From a virus (Duplodnaviria; Caudoviricetes): 26,170 nucleotides of DNA. The translations under genes were made by a program, and so were the position numbers. The notes below the pieces were generated by a model. That model worked only from the letters and a program-made list of their open reading frames with translations, had not been told where the DNA came from and did no database searches. This document shows positions 1 to 7,658 of this stretch, piece after piece; position 1 is the stretch's first letter; each line of letters starts with the position of its first letter. The stretch lies in the IMG/VR virus record IMGVR_UViG_3300032212_000124, positions 1-26,170 of that record. The stretch is one strand, 5' to 3'.

Positions 1-1
1 A

Positions 2-232
2 TCAACGATCAATAATATATTTAAATCATTAGAAGTTAATGGAAAGATTATCAAAACAGCTATGATAAAAGGCGATAAAGGCAAGGATCAACAAGGCTAT
101 GCTAAGTCTAATGATAAAAAGAAAGGATGCCCATTTAATATGTTTAATTACAGGAGACCTAACTTTATTCGACACGGCAGAGAGGACATGTCTACAATGG
201 CAACCAATACACTGGCAGTAAATTATGGCTAA
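2..232 (+). CDS. 3' end of a hypothetical protein running in from the left edge
   Basis: Frame 2 is open from base 2 to TAA at 230-232 (STINNIFKSLEVNGKIIK...LAVNYG*). The stop overlaps the next ATG at 225. Confidence 0.6.
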   Translation, partial: STINNIFKSLEVNGKIIKTAMIKGDKGKDQQGYAKSNDKKKGCPFNMFNYRRPNFIRHGREDMSTMATNTLAVNYG

Positions 233-443
233 AGTCGCTTATATGTCAGATTATAGAGAACCTAAAAACAATCTAAGGATTAATATAGATTGTAAGCTAG
301 ATTCTAAAAAGGCTTGCGAGTTATTAACGGATGATTATTTAAGGGCGTTATTAAGCAGTAATGAAAGGCTAATCAGTATAAACGGTCAAGATATTATATT
401 GGATAAAGCTGATATTTATACCGAGTTAGCCAAAAGGGATTAA
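225..443 (+). CDS. Hypothetical protein, 72 aa
   Basis: ORF track; coupled by overlap to the upstream frame; no recognised motif. Confidence 0.65.
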   Translation: MAKVAYMSDYREPKNNLRINIDCKLDSKKACELLTDDYLRALLSSNERLISINGQDIILDKADIYTELAKRD

Positions 444-448
444 GGTAA

Positions 449-784
449 TTAAAAATCCTGTATAATTACCGTGTCATCACCTACTTCGATAACTTGTGTA
501 TTATCTTGAAGCCAGTCTTTAATTAATTCGTTACGCTCTTCAATATCGTCATATTCTTCAATATCTATATCATATTGATCAAATAACTCATCGTAAGTTA
601 ATTCTGAATACTCGCAACATAAAGCGATAACATCTAGTTCTATCTCTGTCTCTGTCTCGCAGTCCTCTTCATAAGATTCAAGATAGTCAAATAAAGCTTG
701 TTTACCTTTATAACTAAAGTTATCGTTTCTATCCATATTATGAAAAGCGTCGCAGAACTGGCTAAAATTAATTGTTTGTTTCAT
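449..784 (-). CDS. Hyper-acidic small protein, candidate DNA mimic / anti-defence protein
   Basis: 111 aa with about 33 D/E versus 6 K/R by manual count. Good RBS (AAGGGG) upstream on the - strand. The function is inferred only. Confidence 0.8.
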   Translation of the reverse strand: MKQTINFSQFCDAFHNMDRNDNFSYKGKQALFDYLESYEEDCETETEIELDVIALCCEYSELTYDELFDQYDIDIEEYDDIEERNELIKDWLQDNTQVIEVGDDTVIIQDF

Positions 785-794
785 GGTATTCCCC

Positions 795-995
795 TTATAT
801 TGCTTGATGTTGTAAAAGACTAGATAAGCCTTCTAATGTATCTAATTCCAAACATTCACTATCTGATAGCTCATACCAAATAGCTTCTATACCTTCGTTA
901 CATTCAGTTAAAACAGCTTCTAAGTGTTCTACCCTTACAGACCTATTCATATTGGTCTTAAAGGCCTGTATCGCTCTTTCTATATCGTTGTGCAT
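795..995 (-). CDS. Small acidic hypothetical protein, 66 aa
   Basis: ORF with AAGAG upstream; 13 D/E versus 4 K/R; ends 10 nt before the 449..784 start. Confidence 0.7.
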   Translation of the reverse strand: MHNDIERAIQAFKTNMNRSVRVEHLEAVLTECNEGIEAIWYELSDSECLELDTLEGLSSLLQHQAI

Positions 996-1096
996 ATTAT
1001 TCTCTTATTGGTTAACGTGAATTAATAATGGCACTAGAAATTAAATAAAGATAATGAAAAGATCTAATGACCCTATTAAGAGAATTAATAAATACT

Positions 1097-1112
1097 TGGC
1101 ACGATAAAAGCA
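1097..1112 (+). promoter_or_regulatory. Possible sigma54-type -24/-12 element
   Basis: TGGCACG-ATAA-AAGCA has the correct GG-N10-GC spacing and a perfect -24 box, but AA replaces TT in the -12 box. Intergenic, upstream of terS. Confidence 0.25.
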
Positions 1113-1135
1113 TTGTATTAATTTAAGAATAAATA

Positions 1136-1144
1136 TGATATAAT
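1136..1144 (+). promoter_or_regulatory. Extended -10 promoter element
   Basis: TGaTATAAT, a perfect TGnTATAAT, in the AT-rich divergent intergenic region. Confidence 0.4.
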
Positions 1145-1169
1145 TGACGTCGTGTCAGGGAGACAAGCA

Positions 1170-1348
1170 AAGACGTCTCATACTCTAATCTAATAATCCA
1201 ATTTATCCCCATTGTTTATTTATAATATAAAATATATTATGTTATCTACTACATTGATAAGTAAAACGTTATGGCTAGGTTAAAAGGCAGTAAAAATAAA
1301 GCAACTGTTATACGGGAATTCTTTGAAAAGACTTTAGAAGACGTCTCA
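1170..1348. repeat. 11-bp direct repeat AAGACGTCTCA containing palindrome AGACGTCT
   Basis: Copies at 1170-1180 and 1338-1348; a third GACGTC core at 1146-1151. Confidence 0.6.
1212..1240 (+). promoter_or_regulatory. Putative sigma70 promoter for terS / late operon
   Basis: TTGTTT (1212-1217), 17 nt, TATTAT (1235-1240), 30 nt upstream of the ATG at 1271. The AT-rich context lowers specificity. Confidence 0.4.
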
Positions 1349-1918
1349 ATGCACGATTACGAGGAAATGACCCGCTCAATAGTGGCCAAAGCGAAGGACG
1401 GAAGCACTACCGCTTATCGGATAATCTCTGAGAATATGAAGCATGTAATAGAGCTTGATAGTAAGGAAAAGGAAGTATCTCAGGGCATAAAAGTAGTTAT
1501 TAATCGTGATGGGATAGTTGTTGAGGGGGGTATGCAAGGCGAAGGGGGGGTGGTCGATGATGGTGGTGCACACCAATATACAAGTGATCAAAATATACCC
1601 CATGACTATATAGAGCTACCTGAGTTGGTATTGGGTAGTCATACGTTATTGCAGAGCAGATCGACGAAAGAGTTGAGTAGTGCATATAGTGATTATGTAG
1701 GGCCATTGATTGTTAAAGAGCGTCAACATGAGGGTTCGATAGCGCAAAGGTTTGAGCCTGAGACATTATATAAATGGAAGGGTGAGATAATGGGTTTGGG
1801 TGATATATGTAGGATGGAGAAGATAGAATATCAGAGGGTTTATGGTTTGATGAGGCGTCATGATTTGTGTGTTGAAGATGCGGTTCAAGAGGTTATAGAT
1901 ATGACGGTTATTGAATGA
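1271..1918 (+). CDS. terS: Putative terminase small subunit with C-terminal HTH-like extension
   Basis: N-terminal ARLKGSKNK resembles the GRPKGSKNK motif of small terminases. Lies immediately upstream of terL with an ATGA overlap. Confidence 0.65.
   Translation: MARLKGSKNKATVIREFFEKTLEDVSMHDYEEMTRSIVAKAKDGSTTAYRIISENMKHVIELDSKEKEVSQGIKVVINRDGIVVEGGMQGEGGVVDDGGAHQYTSDQNIPHDYIELPELVLGSHTLLQSRSTKELSSAYSDYVGPLIVKERQHEGSIAQRFEPETLYKWKGEIMGLGDICRMEKIEYQRVYGLMRRHDLCVEDAVQEVIDMTVIE
1525..1601. other. G-tract / inverted-repeat element, candidate packaging (pac/terminus) signal
   Basis: G6 at 1525-1530 and G7 at 1544-1550; GGGGTAT (1527-1533) / ATACCCC (1595-1601) inverted repeat; TGGTG-CA-CACCA at 1564-1575; strong G>C skew follows. 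Confidence 0.4.
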
Positions 1919-3366
1919 GTATAACATTACCGAATAATTGGTCTCCTCGTGATTATCAGAAGCCTTTATGGGATTATTTGAGTGAGCCTGTTGATAAAGA
2001 TAGTGAGTTTGGTAAACGTGCGGTAGTGAGCTGGCATCGACGTAGTGGTAAGGATGCGGTTATGTTGAATCATAATGCGTGTGCTGCGTTTGAGAGGATT
2101 GGTAACTACTGGTATATGTTGCCTGAATATAGTCAGTGTCGTAAGGCTATATGGGATGCGGTTAATCCTCATACGGGTAAAAGAAGGATTGATGAGGCTT
2201 TTCCTGAGAGTATTCGTGCTAATACATTGAATCAGGAAATGAAGATTATTTTTAAGAATGGATCTTCATGGCAATTGATGGGGTCTGATAATTACGATTC
2301 ATTAGTGGGTAGTACGCCTGTTGGTGTGACGTATTCTGAATATGCTTTAAGCAATCATAATTCATGGGGATTTATTAGGCCTATTTTAGTTGAGAACAAA
2401 GGGTGGGCTATATTCAATAGTACGCCTCGTGGTAAAAATCATTTTAAGCACTTAATAGACATGGCGGCTGATTCTGAAGAATGGTTTTGTCAGGTATTGC
2501 CTGCTGACCAGACGGGCGTGTTTACAGAAAAGCAATTGGCTATGGAGCTTAAGGAGTCTCAAGCCGAGCATGGAGAGGAATATGGAAAGGCTTTATGGCT
2601 TCAGGAATATTTTTGTTCATTTGATGCGGCAATGCCCGGCTCTATATGGGGTGATTCGCTTGCTACGTTAGTCTCTGAGGAGAGGATTGGCTTTATACCG
2701 CACACTGAGGGTTATCCGGTTCATAGCGCATGGGATTTAGGTCGCAATGATGCTACGGCTATTTGGTTTTATCAGGTTGTTAATAATGAAGTAAGGGTTA
2801 TAGATTGCTATGACTGTAACTTTAAAGAACCTGATTTTTATGCAGATGTGTTATTCAAAAAGGCGACTGAGGGCGATTGGCGGTATGGGACGCATTGGTT
2901 GCCACATGATGCAAAGCCGATAAAGATGGGCATGGGGGGTAAAGGGATATTGCAACAATTTTTAGACCTTTGGGAATCTTATAAATCTAAAGGATTTGAT
3001 ATAGGTGATTTTTCATTAACGCCTAATATATCTAAATTAGATGGAATTAATGCTGCAAGAAAGACATTTAAGATAACGCGATTTAATGAAGTGACAACGC
3101 GCGAAGGTGTTGAAGCTTTAAAGGCTTATCGCAGAAAGTATGATGAAGAGAAGAAGCTTTTCTCTGATGAAGCCATTCACGATGGGGCAAGCCACTATGC
3201 GGATGCTTGGAGATACCTTTCATTGACATGGAAAGCATCCAAAGAAAGTCAAATTGTAATGAGTCAAGATCAAAAGTTTGCAGCGGGCAATATAGTTAAT
3301 GTAAACTTCGGGACTATAAAGAATCAGCATTTTAAGAAAAAACGTGCTGAACGTAACTTATTTTAG
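1915..3366 (+). CDS. terL: Terminase large subunit
   Basis: Adenine-binding PRDYQ, Walker A WHRRSGKD, Walker B-like GVTYSEYA, coupling motif STPRG, RNase H-like nuclease AWDLGRNDATAIW, LPHDA and SHYADAWRY. Confidence 0.96.
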   Translation: MSITLPNNWSPRDYQKPLWDYLSEPVDKDSEFGKRAVVSWHRRSGKDAVMLNHNACAAFERIGNYWYMLPEYSQCRKAIWDAVNPHTGKRRIDEAFPESIRANTLNQEMKIIFKNGSSWQLMGSDNYDSLVGSTPVGVTYSEYALSNHNSWGFIRPILVENKGWAIFNSTPRGKNHFKHLIDMAADSEEWFCQVLPADQTGVFTEKQLAMELKESQAEHGEEYGKALWLQEYFCSFDAAMPGSIWGDSLATLVSEERIGFIPHTEGYPVHSAWDLGRNDATAIWFYQVVNNEVRVIDCYDCNFKEPDFYADVLFKKATEGDWRYGTHWLPHDAKPIKMGMGGKGILQQFLDLWESYKSKGFDIGDFSLTPNISKLDGINAARKTFKITRFNEVTTREGVEALKAYRRKYDEEKKLFSDEAIHDGASHYADAWRYLSLTWKASKESQIVMSQDQKFAAGNIVNVNFGTIKNQHFKKKRAERNLF

Positions 3367-3374
3367 AGAATATT

Positions 3375-5663
3375 ATGGCAGAAAATCAAACAACTGTTCA
3401 AAAATGGCTTAATGAAATAGGTGAATCACGTAAGCGTGAAAAAGATTTTTTAAAAAAAGGGCAAAACATACTCGATATTTATAGCGGCGAGTGTCCAGAT
3501 AAAATTCCTTTTAATATCTTATTTTCAAATACAGAAACCCTCCTCCCCGCTGTTTTTTCGCAGCAGCCGCGCCCTATTGTAAAAAGACGATTTTCAACTG
3601 AGGAAAGCCCTATTGTTGAAGCGGGCGCAAAAGCCTCTACTCGGATATTGGAATATCTGCTCGACACCAACGTAGATGGTTATGGTCGATTTGAAGATGG
3701 TATGACAGCGGTTACTTTAGATGCCCTACTGCCCGGTAGAGGAACGGCTTGTGTAGAATATGAAGCGATTATTAGCGGTGAGCCAGAGAATGAAGAAGAA
3801 GAAATTGAATCCACTGAAAAGGTAGAATATGAAACTATCTGCTTAGATCCTAAGAAGTGGGATAGGGTTTACTATGGCTATGCGCTTAAATGGGAGGATA
3901 TGCCTTGGGTTGCTTATGAGCTTTATTTGGATGAAGAAGAGGCAGAAAAGCTATTTGGCGAAAAAGCCGATAATCTTGATTATACATCAGGCGAAGAGTC
4001 AGATGATGAAGAGTCCAATGAAGACAAGCATATCGGGGATAAAGAAACAGCTCAAATATATCAAATATGGGATAAGTCAGATAAAACCATTAAATACATA
4101 TCGCCTCAGTATAAAGACGAGTATTTGCTTGAGCAAGATGATGAACTAGGCATTACTGGATTCTTTAATTGTCCTCGACCTTTGCAATTCATTGAAAAAC
4201 CCAATAATTTATTGCCAACAGCTCTTTATACGATTTATGAAAACCAAGCGCATGAATTAAACGTTATTCAAGGTAGGATTAATAAAGTAACAAAGGCTAT
4301 TAAGGTGCGCGGCGCATATGATGGTGCTCTAGGTGAAGAATTAGAGCAGATCATGGACGGTACAGATAATGAAATGATTTCAACTAGCAAAGGCGCATCA
4401 TTACTTGATGGTGGATTTAGGAATGCTATTTGGTTTATGCCGCTTGAAGAATTAGTTAACGTTCTTAGAGAGTTATATCAGGCTCGCGAATCATGCAAAC
4501 AGGTTATTTATGAAATTACAGGCATATCAGACGTTATTAGAGGATCAAGTAAGGCTTCAGAAACATTAGGCGCTCAAGAATTAAAAGCGTCATGGGGAAC
4601 AATGCGGCTTAAGCGGCTTCAGAAGCGTGTGCAAGGCTATGCGCGTGATTCATTGAGGATTATGCTTGATGTTGCTGTTAATAAATTATCATCTGAAACA
4701 TGGGCTAAGATAACCGGTTTGCCTTACCCTACGGCCGAGCAAAAACAGCAAGCCCAACAAATGCTAAATATGCAGAAATTGCAATTCCAGCAGCAAGCCC
4801 AACAAGCGCAAATGCAAGGTCAGCAAATTACACCTCCTCAACCTGACCCTAAATTAATTCAAGCCGCCAGCTCCCCATCATGGGAAGAAATTCTTAACTT
4901 CTTGCAAGATGATTATATCAGGTCGTATAAGGTTGATATTGAGACAAATTCGACCTTAGAAGTTGAAGCCACTGAAGATAAGAATTTAGTCGGTGAGTTT
5001 ATGAATGCAATGGCTCAATTTCTTAATGGTATTGGCCCATTGGTTAAAGACGGTACCATGCCATTTGAAGCGGCACAAGCTATGCTAACTCAGATTTCAC
5101 GACGTTTTAGATTTGGCGAAGAAGTTGAAGAACATCTTAAAAAAATGAAACCGCCGCAGCAAGAGGCCGACCCTAAAACTGAGCAGATGAAAAAACAACT
5201 GCAAAGCGAGGCTCAAAAGCTTCAAAAAGAACGCGAACAATTTGAAAAAGAAAAACAGCAAGTATCTGAACAATTTAAAGCAGAGCAGAAAAAGGCGGGA
5301 GACGATCTTGATAACCGATTTAACGACTTAAGTAAGGCATTGATGAAGTTTGATTTTGATAAAAAATTAGCTCAAGAAACGATAAAAATGCAGGAAAAGA
5401 TAGCGCAAATAAAACTTGATGCAGATCAATTAGAAGCCAATGAAAAAATCAAATCTTTGATAAAGGACTCTGAGCGTAAAACACAATCCATGATGGATAA
5501 ACACGCATGTAATATAAAAGAAATGATGTCTACTAAAGAAAAAGAAACGTCTGTTAATGTTAGTATGCCTGAGCAAACAGCAAAATCTATTAAGATTAAT
5601 CGTGAAAATGGGCAGATAGTTAGTGCTGATGTGGTCGAAATTGAAGATGAGCCTAAAATATGA
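3375..5663 (+). CDS. Portal protein (P22-like, long C-terminal coiled coil)
   Basis: 762 aa directly after terL. IYEITGISDVIRG-S-ASETLGAQELK is typical of this portal group. Q-rich and coiled-coil C-terminal third. Confidence 0.88.
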   Translation: MAENQTTVQKWLNEIGESRKREKDFLKKGQNILDIYSGECPDKIPFNILFSNTETLLPAVFSQQPRPIVKRRFSTEESPIVEAGAKASTRILEYLLDTNVDGYGRFEDGMTAVTLDALLPGRGTACVEYEAIISGEPENEEEEIESTEKVEYETICLDPKKWDRVYYGYALKWEDMPWVAYELYLDEEEAEKLFGEKADNLDYTSGEESDDEESNEDKHIGDKETAQIYQIWDKSDKTIKYISPQYKDEYLLEQDDELGITGFFNCPRPLQFIEKPNNLLPTALYTIYENQAHELNVIQGRINKVTKAIKVRGAYDGALGEELEQIMDGTDNEMISTSKGASLLDGGFRNAIWFMPLEELVNVLRELYQARESCKQVIYEITGISDVIRGSSKASETLGAQELKASWGTMRLKRLQKRVQGYARDSLRIMLDVAVNKLSSETWAKITGLPYPTAEQKQQAQQMLNMQKLQFQQQAQQAQMQGQQITPPQPDPKLIQAASSPSWEEILNFLQDDYIRSYKVDIETNSTLEVEATEDKNLVGEFMNAMAQFLNGIGPLVKDGTMPFEAAQAMLTQISRRFRFGEEVEEHLKKMKPPQQEADPKTEQMKKQLQSEAQKLQKEREQFEKEKQQVSEQFKAEQKKAGDDLDNRFNDLSKALMKFDFDKKLAQETIKMQEKIAQIKLDADQLEANEKIKSLIKDSERKTQSMMDKHACNIKEMMSTKEKETSVNVSMPEQTAKSIKINRENGQIVSADVVEIEDEPKI

Positions 5664-6901
5664 GCATAAAAGTAGAACCAGATGGTTCGGGTAGGGCTGT
5701 ACCTGTTGCTACAAAAGTTATTGATGGCATTCATTATCCTGTATCTATATCGGGACTCGGCGGGCTAACAACTGATGCATGGGGAACTCAAAAAGTAGTT
5801 CAAGACTTTTCATTGTTTCATGGAATGTTTACATTTGATGTTCCGCCATCTATGTGGATTATTCAGGAAAATGGCGCAGAGGTTGCAAATTCAGTATCTA
5901 CAAAGGCAACATCTGTATCAGGTCATATTAATGTAACGTCAGGCGCGACAGCTTTAGATACTTGTCATGTGGCAAGTCGCAGGCATCCTAGATACCAGCC
6001 AGACAGAGGCTTAAAATGGGCTGCTTCAATGGGGTTTAAAGGGGCTAATCTTGACGGAGTTTTAAAGGCAGGATTAATAACAGAAGAAGAAGACGGCGCA
6101 TATCTTAAAACTATTGGTGATGGGTTCTTATATGCTTGCGTTTTAAGTAATGGGGTAGAGACTCATGCTGAAAAAATAACATTTCCTTTTGATATAGATA
6201 TAACATTAGGAAACATTTATGATATTAGGCTTCAATGGCGTGGAGCGGGTGCAATTGAGTTTTTTGCTGGAAATCCAGAAACATCATTATTAGAATTAGT
6301 TCATAAAATAAGTTTTTTAAATACACTCGATCAAAAAACATCTATAAGAAATCCAGCGTTAAGCGCATCATTTCAAGCTAATAACAACACGGAAGAGGTT
6401 AGTTTATGGTGCGGATGTGTCGACATCACTTCAGAAGGTGGAAATATAGCTCGTGAGCAGTATGGAGAGCACAGCGATAACATAGCGTCAATAAATGCTG
6501 GCGAAGCTGTATTTGCTTTAAGAAATCCATTATTAGCGCCTAATGGTAAAACTAATACACGAGATTTAAGGCTTGTTAGGATAACAATAACAGCAGATAA
6601 AAAGTCAGTATTTGACGCATATCAAACTCGTGATCTATCGTCCATTGTTGGTGGCACATGGGAATCAGCTAAAATAGGTAGCTTTATTGAAACAAATCAT
6701 ACAATGACATCTGTTAATACAAGCTTAATGGAGCGATTTTCTACCTTTAGGTTAAGAGCTGGACAAATTATAGAAAAAGAAAATCCATTTTCAGAAGCAA
6801 TAGATTTTTTTGGAGTGCATGGCGATTATATAGTTGTTGTTTGTCGAACAGGTGTTGGCGTTGATGTTGATCTGTCTATTGAGTGGGGCGAGGAAATATA
6901 A
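5660..6901 (+). CDS. Beta-rich putative virion protein (possible lectin/beta-sandwich head appendage)
   Basis: 413 aa with an ATGA overlap with portal. Alternating beta-strand pattern (TTDAWG, RYQP, IYDIRLQWRGAGAIEFF). The fold is a guess. Confidence 0.6.
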   Translation: MSIKVEPDGSGRAVPVATKVIDGIHYPVSISGLGGLTTDAWGTQKVVQDFSLFHGMFTFDVPPSMWIIQENGAEVANSVSTKATSVSGHINVTSGATALDTCHVASRRHPRYQPDRGLKWAASMGFKGANLDGVLKAGLITEEEDGAYLKTIGDGFLYACVLSNGVETHAEKITFPFDIDITLGNIYDIRLQWRGAGAIEFFAGNPETSLLELVHKISFLNTLDQKTSIRNPALSASFQANNNTEEVSLWCGCVDITSEGGNIAREQYGEHSDNIASINAGEAVFALRNPLLAPNGKTNTRDLRLVRITITADKKSVFDAYQTRDLSSIVGGTWESAKIGSFIETNHTMTSVNTSLMERFSTFRLRAGQIIEKENPFSEAIDFFGVHGDYIVVVCRTGVGVDVDLSIEWGEEI

Positions 6902-7270
6902 TTGATAAATTCAACCCTTAAAGGGCCAGGATTCTTTATATTCTTTAAAACAGAAAAAAAAGGTGGTGGATCGGGGTTTCCTTATCCTATTATTTTCTTG
7001 CATAAACGAGAAGAGAATAAAGTAAGGAAAAAGATTAGTAAAAAGCTAAAAATTCTAACTAAAAATGAAAAAAATGTTTATTCAAACTTATCAATAGAAA
7101 AAGTAGCTAATGAATTAATTAAAGACTGGAATCCTAGCAAAGCAATAAATAAGTTTAATATAGATAAAATAGAGGCGATTGATAGATATAACGAATATAT
7201 TAAATTATATATTCAATCAATAGAAGATGAAGAAGTATCACTAATGTTAATAATGGCATATTCGATATGA
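6902..7270 (+). CDS. Hypothetical protein (GGGSG linker, basic middle, acidic-hydrophobic C-terminus)
   Basis: TTG start directly after the previous stop with GAGG upstream; ATGA overlap with the next gene; ends IEDEEVSLMLIMAYSI; very AT-rich. Confidence 0.6.
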   Translation: MINSTLKGPGFFIFFKTEKKGGGSGFPYPIIFLHKREENKVRKKISKKLKILTKNEKNVYSNLSIEKVANELIKDWNPSKAINKFNIDKIEAIDRYNEYIKLYIQSIEDEEVSLMLIMAYSI

Positions 7271-7644
7271 GATATATACAAAAAGAAGATAAGTTATACC
7301 CAATAAATGAGTATATTGAGAAATTCGGACAGCCTGAGCAAAGATCGCCAAAAACATCAAATATCATAAATAGATATTTTGATGCGTATGAGTCTCCTGT
7401 CAGCGGTAAGGTAATAAGCAATCATGCTCAAAGAAACGAAGATATGAAAGAGCATAACTGCGTTGAGTATGAGCCATCAATGGTCGCTGAATCAGAAAGA
7501 AACGCAAAAAATGAGCAAGCCAATTTAGAGTTGCAAATGGATAGGGACATAGAGAAAACCATTAGAAATATGTCTTCTGACCAACAAGGGTCATTAGAGC
7601 AAGAATTAAGAGCAGGCGCTGATTTAAGTGTCGATCGTCAATAG
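7267..7644 (+). CDS. Conserved-looking head-module hypothetical protein
   Basis: YESPVSGKVISNHAQRNEDMKEHNCVE resembles a motif I associate with small genes between portal and scaffold in related podoviruses. Confidence 0.75.
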   Translation: MRYIQKEDKLYPINEYIEKFGQPEQRSPKTSNIINRYFDAYESPVSGKVISNHAQRNEDMKEHNCVEYEPSMVAESERNAKNEQANLELQMDRDIEKTIRNMSSDQQGSLEQELRAGADLSVDRQ

Positions 7645-7658
7645 CTGAGGAGCTAATC

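Noticed and set aside
1376-2172. - strand ORFs 1376..1603, 1500..1706, 1966..2172
   Set aside because: Antisense shadows of terS/terL; their H/P/T/I-rich composition mirrors the G/T skew.
2310-2350. TerL Walker B reads YSEY rather than hhDE
   Set aside because: To my recollection an SE variant occurs in this terminase subgroup, and all other motifs are intact, so it is not evidence of inactivation.
3444-3461. Slippery-looking TTTTTTAAAAAAAGGG early in the portal gene
   Set aside because: No evident stimulatory structure or meaningful shifted product; expected in AT-rich DNA.
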